DNA of 64,000 nucleotides from Octopus sinensis (Eukaryota), in the NCBI RefSeq assembly GCF_006345805.1, contig NC_043006.1, positions 42,222,001-42,286,000 on the forward strand, written 5' to 3'. The notes under the pieces were generated by a model. That model saw nothing but the letters and a program-made list of their open reading frames with translations, ran no database searches and was not told where the DNA came from. Position numbers and translations under genes: made by a program. Below, piece by piece: positions 14,061 through 25,920 of the stretch. The stretch's first letter is position 1. Each line of letters begins with the position of its first letter.

Positions 14061-14317
14061 TGCTAACGAAGTGTTTGATGCCACATACCCGACAAACGTT
14101 CTGGTCTCTTACAATGGATTTTGTCACTGGGTACCTCCTGGTATGTTCAAAAGTACATGTCAGATTGACATCGCCTGGTTTCCCTTTGATGATCAGAAGT
14201 GTACACTCAAATTTGGTTCGTGGACCCACGATGGGCGTTACCTTGACCTTCAACTTGATGGAGACGGTAACGGAGATACGTCGAGTTTTATAAGAAATGG
14301 AGAATGGAAGTTAATAG
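14061..14317 (+). CDS. CHRNA7: Alpha7-like nicotinic acetylcholine receptor alpha subunit, internal exon (loop E, Cys-loop, loops B and F)
   Basis: Acceptor ttctag at 14055-14060 and donor G|gtgaga at 14318. Translates (S)ANEVFDATYPTNVLVSYNGFCHWVPPGMFKSTCQIDIAWFPFDDQKCTLKFGSWTHDGRYLDLQLDGDGNGDTSSFIRNGEWKLI, with a C-x13-C Cys-loop, FPFD and GSW. Colinear with vertebrate alpha7 exons 5+6. The symbol denotes family likeness, not proven orthology. Confidence 0.95.
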
Positions 14318-14791
14318 GTGAGATAAAGACAACATCCATTTTTTAAACATGTATACGAGATTAGTTTGCACCATTTTATTGTTTTTTTGTTTTTGTTACT
14401 GTATCTCGGGAAGGTCGTTATTCCGATAATAAACACACGCACTGGTTCTATTTCACGTCCTTATTTTTATTTTCAACTGGTTAACTATTTAACCAGTTAA
14501 TTAATAATCAATTGTTTGATTAATCATTTGGTCAAACAATCAATCAGCTAGGTCCGTCGAAGTCCTTTCCTCACCACTGGCAATCTAATCAATGTCATGC
14601 CGTCCTTATCCCAAGTCTGCTTCAAGCCTGTTAAATAAAAATAAAGAAGTGAAATATAATCAGTGCGTGTGTTCATTACTGGCATAATAACTCTCCCAAG
14701 ATACAACAATGTTTCAGCACACGAGACCACATCAAGCATCTTGCCATCCAAATACAAGAAAGAAATCCTCATTCTGTATGTCTGTGTGTGT

Positions 14792-14850
<59 letters not shown>

Positions 14851-15345
14851 TGTGTGTGTTACTATAAATTCTTCTGTTGAATTGACATAAATATTCTGAA
14901 TGTAAGTCAGTCATGAAACATCAGCATTTCTTCTGACTCCCACCTTTAGTTCTAACGGAAGGGCAAAATAAAATTTGCATCCATAAAATTTCATTTAACT
15001 TCACCAAAGTTTTTGGACAAGTTTCAAAATTTAAGCCATCTTTAATTATTAAACATACTGATTTGTCTGCCCCCTTTTTCAATCCATACAGCCCCCTTCT
15101 TTATATAAGCATGCTTGTACGTATCTACATATTTGAATATTCAAATGAATGAAAGACGAAAGGTATACATGCAAACTCTAAATTGCATATGCATGCGTAT
15201 ATATTCTGAGAAATGTATGATCATCTGATTCGCATTGAGGAAGAATGTAAGACAGAATTATGCGTTTGCGTGTGAGTACGCATATAAATCAGAGTGAAAG
15301 AGATAGAGAAATTACATTCAAATACATCAGATGAATGATTCTGTC

Positions 15346-15409
<64 letters not shown>

Positions 15410-15740
15410 TAAGTTAGGTTATATTACAAGCCTTAACACGGCTCTCTAAAATATTTTCGTACAAAAAATTCTAGCTTTACTCGTTGAATCTATAGTATCA
15501 TTTGGCCGAAAATCTTGAAATGTTTCGTGCATGTAATACTAATTAGTTTACTTGTTTTCATTAAAAGAAAATAATCTATGAATAGTTATATACTATTTAG
15601 GATGTTGCACTGTTCTCTAAGAACATGTGAGACACAAGATATTGGTACGGTTCTCAATGAGATATTAACGAAAATTCACATAACATTTGTATATATGTAT
15701 TTAATAGTGAATATAAATAGACAGATAGATAGATAGATAG

Positions 15741-15824
<84 letters not shown>

Positions 15825-15833
15825 CAGACAGAC

Positions 15834-15879
<46 letters not shown>

Positions 15880-15880
15880 C

Positions 15881-15946
<66 letters not shown>

Positions 15947-18900
15947 TGTTTCTTTATTAGCCACAAAGGGCTGCATACAGACGGGACAGATTACAAAGTA
16001 GAGCTTTTCTTTTTGGGGGAAAGAAAGAAAAAAAAGGTGGGTAGGTTTTCGATCAAAAGGGATCGTAAAAGGGAAAGAAGAAGGGAAAAAAAGAAAAGAA
16101 ACAAAAGAAAAAAACGATCAATAGGGATCGTGTATCACAGTGTTATGATGTACGGTGTAAAGGGGGAGGCATATAAGGTTTATCCGTGGGAAGAAAGCCT
16201 ACGTAAAAGACCACAGTAGCTTCGGTCAATATTGTTACATGTTACCACATTTGTTTGCAAGTAGGTAACTCTCTGTTTTCAATTTCTGGGTTCATAGGAT
16301 TATGCTCAAGGTGGCTTCGTCATTCATACGTGCCATCCTTGTTACATTCACCCATCTTTTTTTAAAACATTCGCTAGACAAAACTTGCCTCTCTTCTCTC
16401 ACTTTCCTTTTCAAGTGATACTTGAAGAAGTTGATGAGAGATTGACCAGAGAGGAAAGTGTTTGTCTCCAATCTTTTCAGACGCGTCCACCAGATACATT
16501 CTTTCGCCATAGCCAAAAGTATGATGAAAATAGCTCTTCCTTCCCGTTTAAAGGAAGGAGGCGTGACGACATTGACGATAGACTCGGCTGATAAACCGAC
16601 TCGTGACAGCAGACGTTCGACATCAGCCCACAGGTTGGAAATTGTTAGACACTGTACGAGTGCGTGCAGAACGGTTTCGTCGCTCTGACTGCATCTCAGG
16701 CAGGTCGGTCCCGTGTTTCTCGAGCCGTGTCTGTAGAGCTTATCCCGAACGGGTAGCGCTTCTCGATACCACTGCCAGGCCAGGGATCTCTGGAAGTTGT
16801 CCATTGGCCCTGGTCCGAAAGTCGTCCTGAACAGGCGGGTCAGGTATTCCTCGTCGACGTCCAGGTTCGCCCCGAGATCGTCGTCGTACCTCCCCTCCAC
16901 TAATCCCCTATAGAATTCTTGGGTTGTGTTGAAGTCACTCAAGGTCGACCCGGGACAGTATAGTTGCTTGAGAACAACGCAACACTCGCGGTGCCATTCG
17001 CCCTTTCTCGGCCTCTTTTTGATCCACGACTGCAGTTTGGTCATAGCGACGAGTTGCGGGAAAGCGTGCCTCACAAACGGTGACCACACCTGTTCACCGT
17101 CGTCTACGTAGAGCCTGAGGTGTCGCAGTCTCAGCGCGTGTCTGCGCATCATCAACCACGGCATGCCCAGTCCTCCTTTTAACGGGTGTTGACAGCAAAT
17201 GGATCGCCTGACCATCGGGACGCATCCTTTCCACAAGAAGCGAAAGAGAATGCGTTCTAGTTTGGTGATGGTAGGGTTGGGACAAGGCACGACGGTCAGG
17301 CGGTAGTAGATGACAGTCGCGATGTACGAGTTCGCCACCTCCGTCCGACCTTTTAGGGACAGTTTCCTCTCGGCCCATTGCCTGGCGAGAGTGACCACCC
17401 TACTCGTTATCTCGTTCCAGTTCTTCTCCATTTGGAGGTCCGGACCAAACCAGACCCCGAGCAACTCGGCCGGACCGTCGGTCCAGCGTCCCACGACGGA
17501 AGCGCTGCTGGACGGCATGGGTTTGCTTCTCCAGGTGCCGAGTCGCAAGCCCACTGATTTTTCCCGGTTGATTTTCGCTCCTGTCACCGCTTCGTAGTCT
17601 TTCAGTGTCTCGCCGACCTGCTCGATGTGTTCGTGGCTAGACACTATGACGGTGACGTCGTCCGCGTATGCAGACACGCTCGTCTCGCATCCCAATTCTC
17701 GCGGGATGCCCCTCAGAGTTGCCAGCTTCCGCAATAATGGCTCGAGAGTCAATACGTAGAGAAGCGACGAGAAGGGGCATCCCTGACGGACCGAACGTGT
17801 AATGTCGAAAGGTCTCAATAGATGTCCATTTACGCGAATGCCTCTGTACAAAGCGGCTATCCAGCCGCGGAAGACGGGACCGAAACCAGCCATTCTGAGG
17901 ACAACCTTCAAGTATCGATGGTCTACCCTATCGAAAGCTTTCGATTGATCCAAATTGATCAGCGCCCCACCCATGCCAGCTTCCTTAACTACCATGTCTA
18001 TGATGTAGTGCATCAGGTGGAGGTAGTCATGGATGCTCCGGCCCGGCACGTCGCACGTTCGCGCCTTGTCGACCAGTTTCTCGATGACAAGCGCTAACCT
18101 CTTGGGTAACACCTTGGCCAAAATTTTCAAGTCTGCATTAAGCAGAGTGATGGGCCTAAAGTTATCTATTACATTCCCCTTGTTTAGATCTTTCTTCAGC
18201 ATGGTTACGGCTCCTCGGCTCGCAAAACCAGGAATGCTCCCGTTTTGCTGCCAGTTGCAGTACACCGCTGCCAAGACGTCTCCAAACAAGTCTGGCATAC
18301 AACTGTAAAGCTCGTAGGGTAGACCATCCAAACCCAGCGATTTGTCCCTCAAACATTCTGCCATCGCGTCCTGCACTCCCGCCGCCGTGAAGGTACCTTC
18401 GCAGCGCCCCGCCTCTCTTGTCGAGAGTCGTGGCAGGCTGTGTAGGTAGGCACTGAAGTCCACCCTACGTTCTTGCCCGCCACTCGTCCCGAACAGTCGG
18501 GCAAAATGCTGTTGAAAGGCCTCACACACTTTACTTGGCTCGAGCAATTGGCGCCCCTGTTCATCTACCAGAGACCGAATGGTGGCTTTGTTGCCCTGTT
18601 GCGCCTCTGCCACCCGGGCCTCTCTCGCGGCTCCAACACCTTCGTTCCCTAGAGCACGCATCCTAGCTCTGACAACACACCCTTTGTGTTTGGCGTTGAA
18701 GTGTTGATCGAGGGCCAACCTCGCCGCCAAAACGTCGGATGCGATGCCGCTTCTAATTGCCTCTTCTAGCTTCTTAACTAGCTCAACCTCTACTCTATTT
18801 CTATCTATGGCTAGTGCTTTGCTGTACCTAATCGCTTCTGCTTTTATTGCTCTCTTGAGGGCAAACCACCATTTCTTGTTGATGATGGCTCCCGTCAAAG

Positions 18901-19270
18901 CCCTCTTTACTAGTGTGCTAATCCGGTCTCTGAAAACCTGTCTCGATGGGAAAGACGTTTAGTTTCCAGTATCATATGTGTCTTACCTAAGTCTAGCGTA
19001 CATGTCACAAGTTTGCGATCCGTGTAGCTGACTATGTGGAATTGTGGACACCCTACGCTATCTCTGTCTACTGTCCTACACAATATCCTATCTAGATACG
19101 ATCTCGACGACCCGATGCGGTTGCTCCATGTCCACGTTGGCGCATCTATACACACAAATATGAACACATGAACGCGCCCAAAATTATATATGCATATAGA
19201 CGTTTGACATTGCTTAAATCTAGGTCGCCTCTCAACCAACAGGCCTATGATTAATGGCACTCTAGCCATG
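15947..19270 (-). mobile_element. L1/Tx1-like non-LTR retrotransposon, 5'-truncated within the APE domain, with 3' UTR and (TATC)n tail
   Basis: APE C-terminus (TWTWSN..SYLDRI..SYTDRKLV) at 18910-19269 is frameshifted from the long ORF. AATAAA on the minus strand at 15953-15958 is followed by a (TATC)n tract (15720-15946). Ends approximate. Confidence 0.9.
16292..18898 (-). CDS. Tx1-like ORF2 (reverse transcriptase plus C-terminal CCHC zinc finger), 868 aa open stretch
   Basis: Motifs NFRPITLLN, LDQSKAFDRV, SVRQGCPFS, YADD, GGLG and CLRCSQSDETVLHALVQC. Confidence 0.9.
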   Translation of the reverse strand: MTGAIINKKWWFALKRAIKAEAIRYSKALAIDRNRVEVELVKKLEEAIRSGIASDVLAARLALDQHFNAKHKGCVVRARMRALGNEGVGAAREARVAEAQQGNKATIRSLVDEQGRQLLEPSKVCEAFQQHFARLFGTSGGQERRVDFSAYLHSLPRLSTREAGRCEGTFTAAGVQDAMAECLRDKSLGLDGLPYELYSCMPDLFGDVLAAVYCNWQQNGSIPGFASRGAVTMLKKDLNKGNVIDNFRPITLLNADLKILAKVLPKRLALVIEKLVDKARTCDVPGRSIHDYLHLMHYIIDMVVKEAGMGGALINLDQSKAFDRVDHRYLKVVLRMAGFGPVFRGWIAALYRGIRVNGHLLRPFDITRSVRQGCPFSSLLYVLTLEPLLRKLATLRGIPRELGCETSVSAYADDVTVIVSSHEHIEQVGETLKDYEAVTGAKINREKSVGLRLGTWRSKPMPSSSASVVGRWTDGPAELLGVWFGPDLQMEKNWNEITSRVVTLARQWAERKLSLKGRTEVANSYIATVIYYRLTVVPCPNPTITKLERILFRFLWKGCVPMVRRSICCQHPLKGGLGMPWLMMRRHALRLRHLRLYVDDGEQVWSPFVRHAFPQLVAMTKLQSWIKKRPRKGEWHRECCVVLKQLYCPGSTLSDFNTTQEFYRGLVEGRYDDDLGANLDVDEEYLTRLFRTTFGPGPMDNFQRSLAWQWYREALPVRDKLYRHGSRNTGPTCLRCSQSDETVLHALVQCLTISNLWADVERLLSRVGLSAESIVNVVTPPSFKREGRAIFIILLAMAKECIWWTRLKRLETNTFLSGQSLINFFKYHLKRKVREERQVLSSECFKKRWVNVTRMARMNDEATLSIIL

Positions 19271-21039
19271 ACTATCTTGTCCTTTTTTTATAAGCATAAT
19301 GTACCTCAAGCTACATTATGCAATGTCTCCTATTTTTAGGGCTTTATGGCTTTATGGTGTGATTTGAGAGGGATTTGGCTGTTATGTGTAGCAGATCAAG
19401 CGACTACAAAGGGCTTTTTCCGTTGATATTTAGGTGACACGTCGAAACCGAAACCGAAACGATAAGGCTGTTAGCTGCAAGAAATCGAGTTGACATCTGA
19501 TGCTATGAAGAATGCCACAAAGGAAATATTATTACAAAGCTAAATTCATGTCCTTCTAGATCGATCCAAATGTTGAATGGAACATGCCGCTCAATATCAG
19601 AGCAGAGCAATGGAGTCGTTATCTTAGCATTTCAGGATATCATATTAAGAGGCAGTTATTATTCTTCATTACAATGAACCTATTTCTATCGTAATGATCT
19701 ATTGAATAAGCGACTCTCTGCTCGTTTCAGACGTGATTTATGGTCATTTGTAACACCCAATGAGCAGGTTTATCTTGCTAAAATAGACATTGTTCTGCAT
19801 TTTATTCTCGGCCAACCAGCAACAACTGATATTTTGCTTCACTTATCAAAAGGATTAAAATCCCAGCAAATGTGTTAAAAGTCAGAAAATTCAATAAGTA
19901 CCGATAAATATTATATTATCTGTGATTCTTTACTAACTTTTAGACTTGGAAAAGATTGCCTTCTGACGTAAAACGACACTTGTATATCAAAAACTGCTAT
20001 GTTAAGTCTGATACTGAAGACTAAAAAGACAACAGTAATCAAAGCACAAAAATATCAGTATTCCATTCGGTTCATATTTATTTCTCAAATGTCTTGATCA
20101 CTGAAGCATTACGTTTTTGTTTTAAATTACGTTCAAGATCCGTTTTCGTATATATAAATATCGAAGTCGATTTATGTGATCTTTTCACTGTTTTATTCTT
20201 ACTAAAGTTATCGATCTTTTAGAGATATATATAGGAAAGTGTGCTTCGTCTCAGATATTTGTTATGGCTTTGAGGAAGAAGTACGCGCCCATGATCTTTT
20301 GCAAGGCCTTGAACCCGCAACTTATGCATTACTGTAATAACACATCGAGTTATCATCAATTCCGTGACCTACCCGGTGTACTTAGAACAGAATAGATTCC
20401 GCTGGGACCATGTGGTGATGTAGTAAGGACCATGTGGTGATGCGAAAGCAGGAATATTTAGCAACTGAATCCGGATCCCTAAATTCGAAGTAAAAAAAAT
20501 AAACTCAAGATTACGATCGAGATTCGCTATATTATTTACCTAAGTCATCAAAAAACTTTGACCCAATCAACACTTCGCCTGGAACCTGGAATTTTATCTT
20601 CGGAGCGATTTATTCTGAGCCAAATCACCTCTATTTATTCAGTGCATTTTAGCCACTACTGACAAACGGTTGATGGAATACATCAGACCGGAAACAGAAG
20701 GCAGCAGCTGACCAGGGCGCTGTAACAACACAAAAACAATGAACGGACAGCGATAGTAACATACAATGACCAGCTAACCTTTTGACAGCTATTATTATCA
20801 CATCAGACCAAGAACAATAATCTCCGAATTATCTCAATATTTTGTCGTTCATAGCAGCGACATTTTTTGTTTACGATAATAATAAATATATTTTTATCAA
20901 ATATCTCAAACAAATTTCAGTATTCTTTATATAACAAGCTTAATAACCAAAATATATATGGTTTCTCCGACCACCCGGTTTCCACATGGTCGCCATCAAT
21001 ACATGTTCACGCACACAGACTCATACACACATACATACA

Positions 21040-21425
21040 TACATAAAACAGTGCTCCACAATGTGTTTGCAGTGCCAGCAACAGGCCCAGATTCGAAAGC
21101 TGATTCGAAGACTACAGATCCAAGCCATCACTGGAACTGTAAAACTTTCCAGAAGTTTATCATTTAAGTATATTTGAGCAGGTCTATACATGCAAGTATA
21201 TGCAAAACATACAAATCTGTACATATACATACACATACATATATATACATATACATACATATACATACACATACATATATATACATATACATACATATAT
21301 ATACGCATGCATACATACATACAAAAATACCCTGTTGTTGATGTTGAAATTCCAATGAAGGAGCCTTGGATCTAGATTAGAAACTGGCTCTATCGGAAAA
21401 AAATCTTGAAATAAACTGACTAATG
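21040..21425 (+). mobile_element. 3' end fragment of the same R4-like element
   Basis: KLIRRLQIQAITGTVK coding tail and 3' UTR match 22900-23175. Bounded by (CATA)n on both sides. Confidence 0.75.
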
Positions 21426-21489
21426 ACATACATACATACATACATACATACATACATACATACATACATACATACATACATACATTACC

Positions 21490-23175
21490 GACCATGTCTT
21501 ATCTATCTGTACCAGCAACTTCTCAATGGGAACAGTAGTATACCATATTAGTTAGCTCTGGCAGTGACAAAAATTGATCCCTAAATGCTGAACGCCCACA
21601 TGGCAAAAATCTACCGGCCAGTCACATGTCAGAACTTAATGTATAAGGTATATACAACATGCTTAAACCTCTTACTCTAAGACCATTGTGAAACCAGTAA
21701 TATCTTCACAGCAGAACAAACAGCTGGGAAGAAGGGAGTTTGGGGATGTACCGAACAGTTGTTAATCAACAAAACTGTGACGTCAGAGGTGCGAGAGCAT
21801 AGGAGGAACCTAGTTTCAATATGGCTAAACTACAAGAAAGCCTTTGATTCTGTTCCCCACTCATGGATTTTAGAAGCCTTTCAACTTGCTAAAGTTTCAA
21901 TGAGTATAGTCAAAGCCACAGCTCACCTGACTTCATCGTGGGCCACCATCTTGAACTCAAACACAAAGAGTAACTGTATTATTAATGATAGAATACGGTA
22001 TCGCAAAGGCATATTCCAAGGAGACAGTCTCTCTGTGATGTTGTTTATACTTTCTGTAAGCCCTTTGTCATTCATGTTAAGGAAGTCTGAAAGATATTTC
22101 ACTGGTTCACAAAGAAATAGAAATGCCAAAATTACACACAGTTTTTTTGTGGATGACTTGAAACTTTATGCAAAGAATATGCATGAGATGAAAAAGAGCC
22201 TTGACCTAGTTACAACATTCTCAAAGGATATAGGGTTGGAGTTTGGTCAGGATAAATGTTGTTATATAGTTGTGAAAAGGTTCCGATTTTGATGGGCATG
22301 CATTTGCAATCCAGGAACAGGAAATATCAACCAAATACCTGATGCACAAAAGGGATAGAGATGCAGGAAAAGCAGTAAAATGTAACAAACGATGCAGAAT
22401 TTGTGGTGTTAACACCGAAGATATCAGCCACATCATATGCAGTTAACCGAAAATGTTATCACGGTATATCTACTGATGAGACATGATGTAGCTAGGATAT
22501 GCTATAATTAAATCTGTCGGAAGGATAACCTCGAGGACAAAGAAATAAAAACCCACAGTATGGTAGAAGTCATTGCTACTCAAAATAAAAAGGAGTACTG
22601 GCGGAATGTCCCAGTGAAGACTTCAATAAAATGTAAGCACAACAGACCTGATATAAGGATTTGGGATAGAGAAGAGAAACTGTGTACAGTAGTGGTAATT
22701 AGCTGCCCAATAGATGTTAGCATAAAGCTGAAGATCAGTGAAAAAGAGAATACCTACGCTGAACTATTGAGAAATCTGCAGTTACTCTATCCAGATTACA
22801 ATTCCAGGTATATGCCTGCAATTATCGGGGCCCTGAGATATGTAACACTCTACCTAAATACTAATCTTTAGAAATTAGACTTCTCAAAAGCAGAATAGCG
22901 AAAGCTAATTCGAAAACTACAGATCCAGTCCATCACTAGAACTGTAAAAATCTGTAAACTTTTCCAGAAGTTTGTCATTTAAATATATATGAGCCTGTCT
23001 AGATATGCAACTATATATATGTGAATACATAAATAAAACAAAATATACAAATCTGTACACATACATACATATATATATACATACAAAAATACCCTGTTGT
23101 TGATGTTGAAATTCAATGGATCTAGGTTAAAAACCGGCTCTTTCTCCGTTGGTAAGAAATCTTGAAATATACACA
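21490..23175 (+). mobile_element. R4/Dong-like (REL endonuclease) non-LTR retrotransposon, 5'-truncated and degraded
   Basis: RT motifs WLNYKKAFDSVPHSW, GIFQGDSLS and FVDDLKLY (21759-22292). REL motif HNRPDI..ISCP..KE..Y (22560-22871). 3' UTR aaaaataccctgttgttgatgttgaaatt. Confidence 0.85.
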
Positions 23176-23450
23176 CACATATAAACCAGATAGATATCCA
23201 TATGCAAAATAATTCCGATTATTAGAGCTACGGTACAGCTACGAGAATAATCCCAAGCACATTTGAAAGTAATTAGACTTTGCTCTGTCATATTTGTCCA
23301 TATATGAAATGTCGTGAAAATAACCTTTCGTATCTTCAAAATAGTAAAGCGTGTCTCATAGAATCACAATCATTTTAGTAAGGCTTTCAGACGAAAACAA
23401 CATTGCGTTTGCTTGGGGTTCATAACTCTCTGTCTCTCACTCTCTCATGC

Positions 23451-23532
<82 letters not shown>

Positions 23533-23561
23533 GTCTGTCTGTCTGTCCCTCTCTCTCTCTC

Positions 23562-23592
<31 letters not shown>

Positions 23593-23859
23593 TATATTTT
23601 CTTTTCTCCCTTTTCCATTCTGTCCTTAATATACATTCGTTTTGACCAAGATGCTTGCTTGTTTCAAGCAAAACTTCCTTTTAATGCACGCATTATTAGC
23701 ATGTGCCACACACAATCTTGCGTTTATATATATTACTTATGTAATATACATGTGTTTATATTACGTATGTAAATGTATGTATATATCTATATATATATTG
23801 TGTGTGTGTGTGTATTTATCTGTATATATATATATATATACACACATGCATCTATATAT

Positions 23860-23939
<80 letters not shown>

Positions 23940-24368
23940 ATATACAGTATATATCAGTGGCGTTTCCAGTATAGCCGTCATGCAGTGCATGCCTAAGATG
24001 AATAATCGAATGCGAATAACAAACTGGTTTTTAATGCAAAACTGCCATTTTTATGGGAGACAGTTCAGAAAAGAGTACAAAACATACAATATGCATGTCT
24101 TACGTCAATTATATGGCTTGGATTCTTTTACATTTGGTTTTCAATCTCTGGCTTAAAGTATGTGTATGTATGCGTTTGTATTATATGTGTGCGCGTGCGT
24201 GAGTGTAAAAATATATATGTATATGTATGTGTGCAATATATATATATATATATATATATACGCTCTGGCGTTTGCTAAATTTTCTTGAGAACAAACCTTT
24301 CTTAGTGGTAAGACCATAGAGGTGTCTACTTCTAGCATAATGGATGCCCACTTAGTGGTCATCCCTCT

Positions 24369-24400
<32 letters not shown>

Positions 24401-24525
24401 AAGACTCCGATAGAATAAATACTAGGCTTACTAAAAATAAGTATTGGGAGCGATTTGCTTGACTAAAGGCGGTGCTCCAGCATAGTCGCAGTTAAATGAA
24501 GTAAAGGAATAAAAGAATAAAAAGG

Positions 24526-24557
<32 letters not shown>

Positions 24558-24699
24558 TATATATATATTGGTAAAAACGGTAAGATAACAAAAGAAAGAG
24601 ACCTCAATATTATGTAAATAGAGGAAATTTATCTGTAAATTAATATGTGGCAATATCTGTGTGTGTTTGTGTGTGTGTATATATATATACTTTTTCCTT

Positions 24700-25050
24700 T
24701 TATTCTTTTACTTGTTTCAATCATTTGACTGCGGCCATGCTGGAGCACCGTCTTTTATTCGAATAAATTGACTCCAAGACTTATTCTTAGCCGAATCGCT
24801 AAGTTACGGGGACGTAAACACACCAGCACATACATATACACAAATACATGTATACATATATATATGTGTATGTGTGTATGTGTATACGACGGGTTTCTTT
24901 CAGTTTCCTTCTACCGAATCCACTCACAAGGTTTTGGCAGGCCCGAGAATATAGTAGAAAACATTCGCCCCAGGTGCCACGCAGTAAGATTGAACCCGGA
25001 ACCATGTGGTTGGGAAGCAAGCTTCTTCCCACACAGCCACTCCTGCACCT
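24700..25050 (-). mobile_element. SINE family B copy
   Basis: Reverse complement of the family B core and tail. Confidence 0.75.
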
Positions 25051-25220
25051 ACATATATATATACACACGACAATGATGACTACATTTTGAAATTTCCTTC
25101 AGTGTTGTAATATCTATGCCATCTCTAGTCAGCAAAATCTTTAAGTAAAATGCTTCGGGGAATAAAACACAACCTATGAATGTATACATATATGCATATG
25201 TGTGTATGTATATATATATA

Positions 25221-25266
<46 letters not shown>

Positions 25267-25573
25267 CATTAGAAAAAAAACACCTTTTATCAATTCAAAA
25301 TGATATTTATATACAATTTATATACGTTATTATTATTTTTTTTTTTTGCAATTTACTTAATCTTTGACATTTTATTGTTATTTTAATGTTAATATTTATA
25401 TTATATGTAATTTTCTAGATGGTGTGATTTAATTGTTCATTTTGAATTGATAAAAGGTGTTTTTTTCAAATTTTTCATATATATATTATATTGTGTGAAA
25501 TGTGATTTAGTATTTCTAAATTGAATTTTTTTCCTTGTAAGTTTTGGATTTTGTTCCCTCAGATATTAATAAT

Positions 25574-25644
<71 letters not shown>

Positions 25645-25655
25645 TTATGTATATA

Positions 25656-25695
<40 letters not shown>

Positions 25696-25816
25696 TTGGA
25701 TTAATGGGTACATGTTGAGTAGAGCACTGGCACGGTTTGGGCTAACTCGGCGGGCGTATAACAACATGACCACCTAAACTCAGGATCTTTAACAAGACAC
25801 AACTTTATGTATGGAT

Positions 25817-25920
25817 GTGCCTGATGAGGCTCAGACTACAAAATCGATGCAACACCACATGTTGAACGCAGTCCCGCCCATAAAGGACAGTGGCAGGATG
25901 GGTCGAAACGATCGTTGCAC
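25817..25920 (+). ncRNA. Type I hammerhead ribozyme with a 67-nt insertion in loop II
   Basis: Stem I gtgc/gcac; CTGATGA 25821-25827; stem II ggctc/gggtc; GAAAC 25905-25909; palindromic stem III AACGATCGTT; GTT triplet 25914-25916. Confidence 0.75.

Noticed and set aside
14575-14627. Antisense 53-nt exon candidate (strong minus-strand polypyrimidine-AG and GTGAGG donor)
   Set aside because: No recognisable protein and no partner exons. Such signals arise by chance in AT-rich introns.
20659-20700. ctgacaa-cggttgatg..catcagaccg-GAAAC hammerhead-like relic
   Set aside because: G8 is mutated, there is no stem I pairing and no valid triplet. At best a dead relic.
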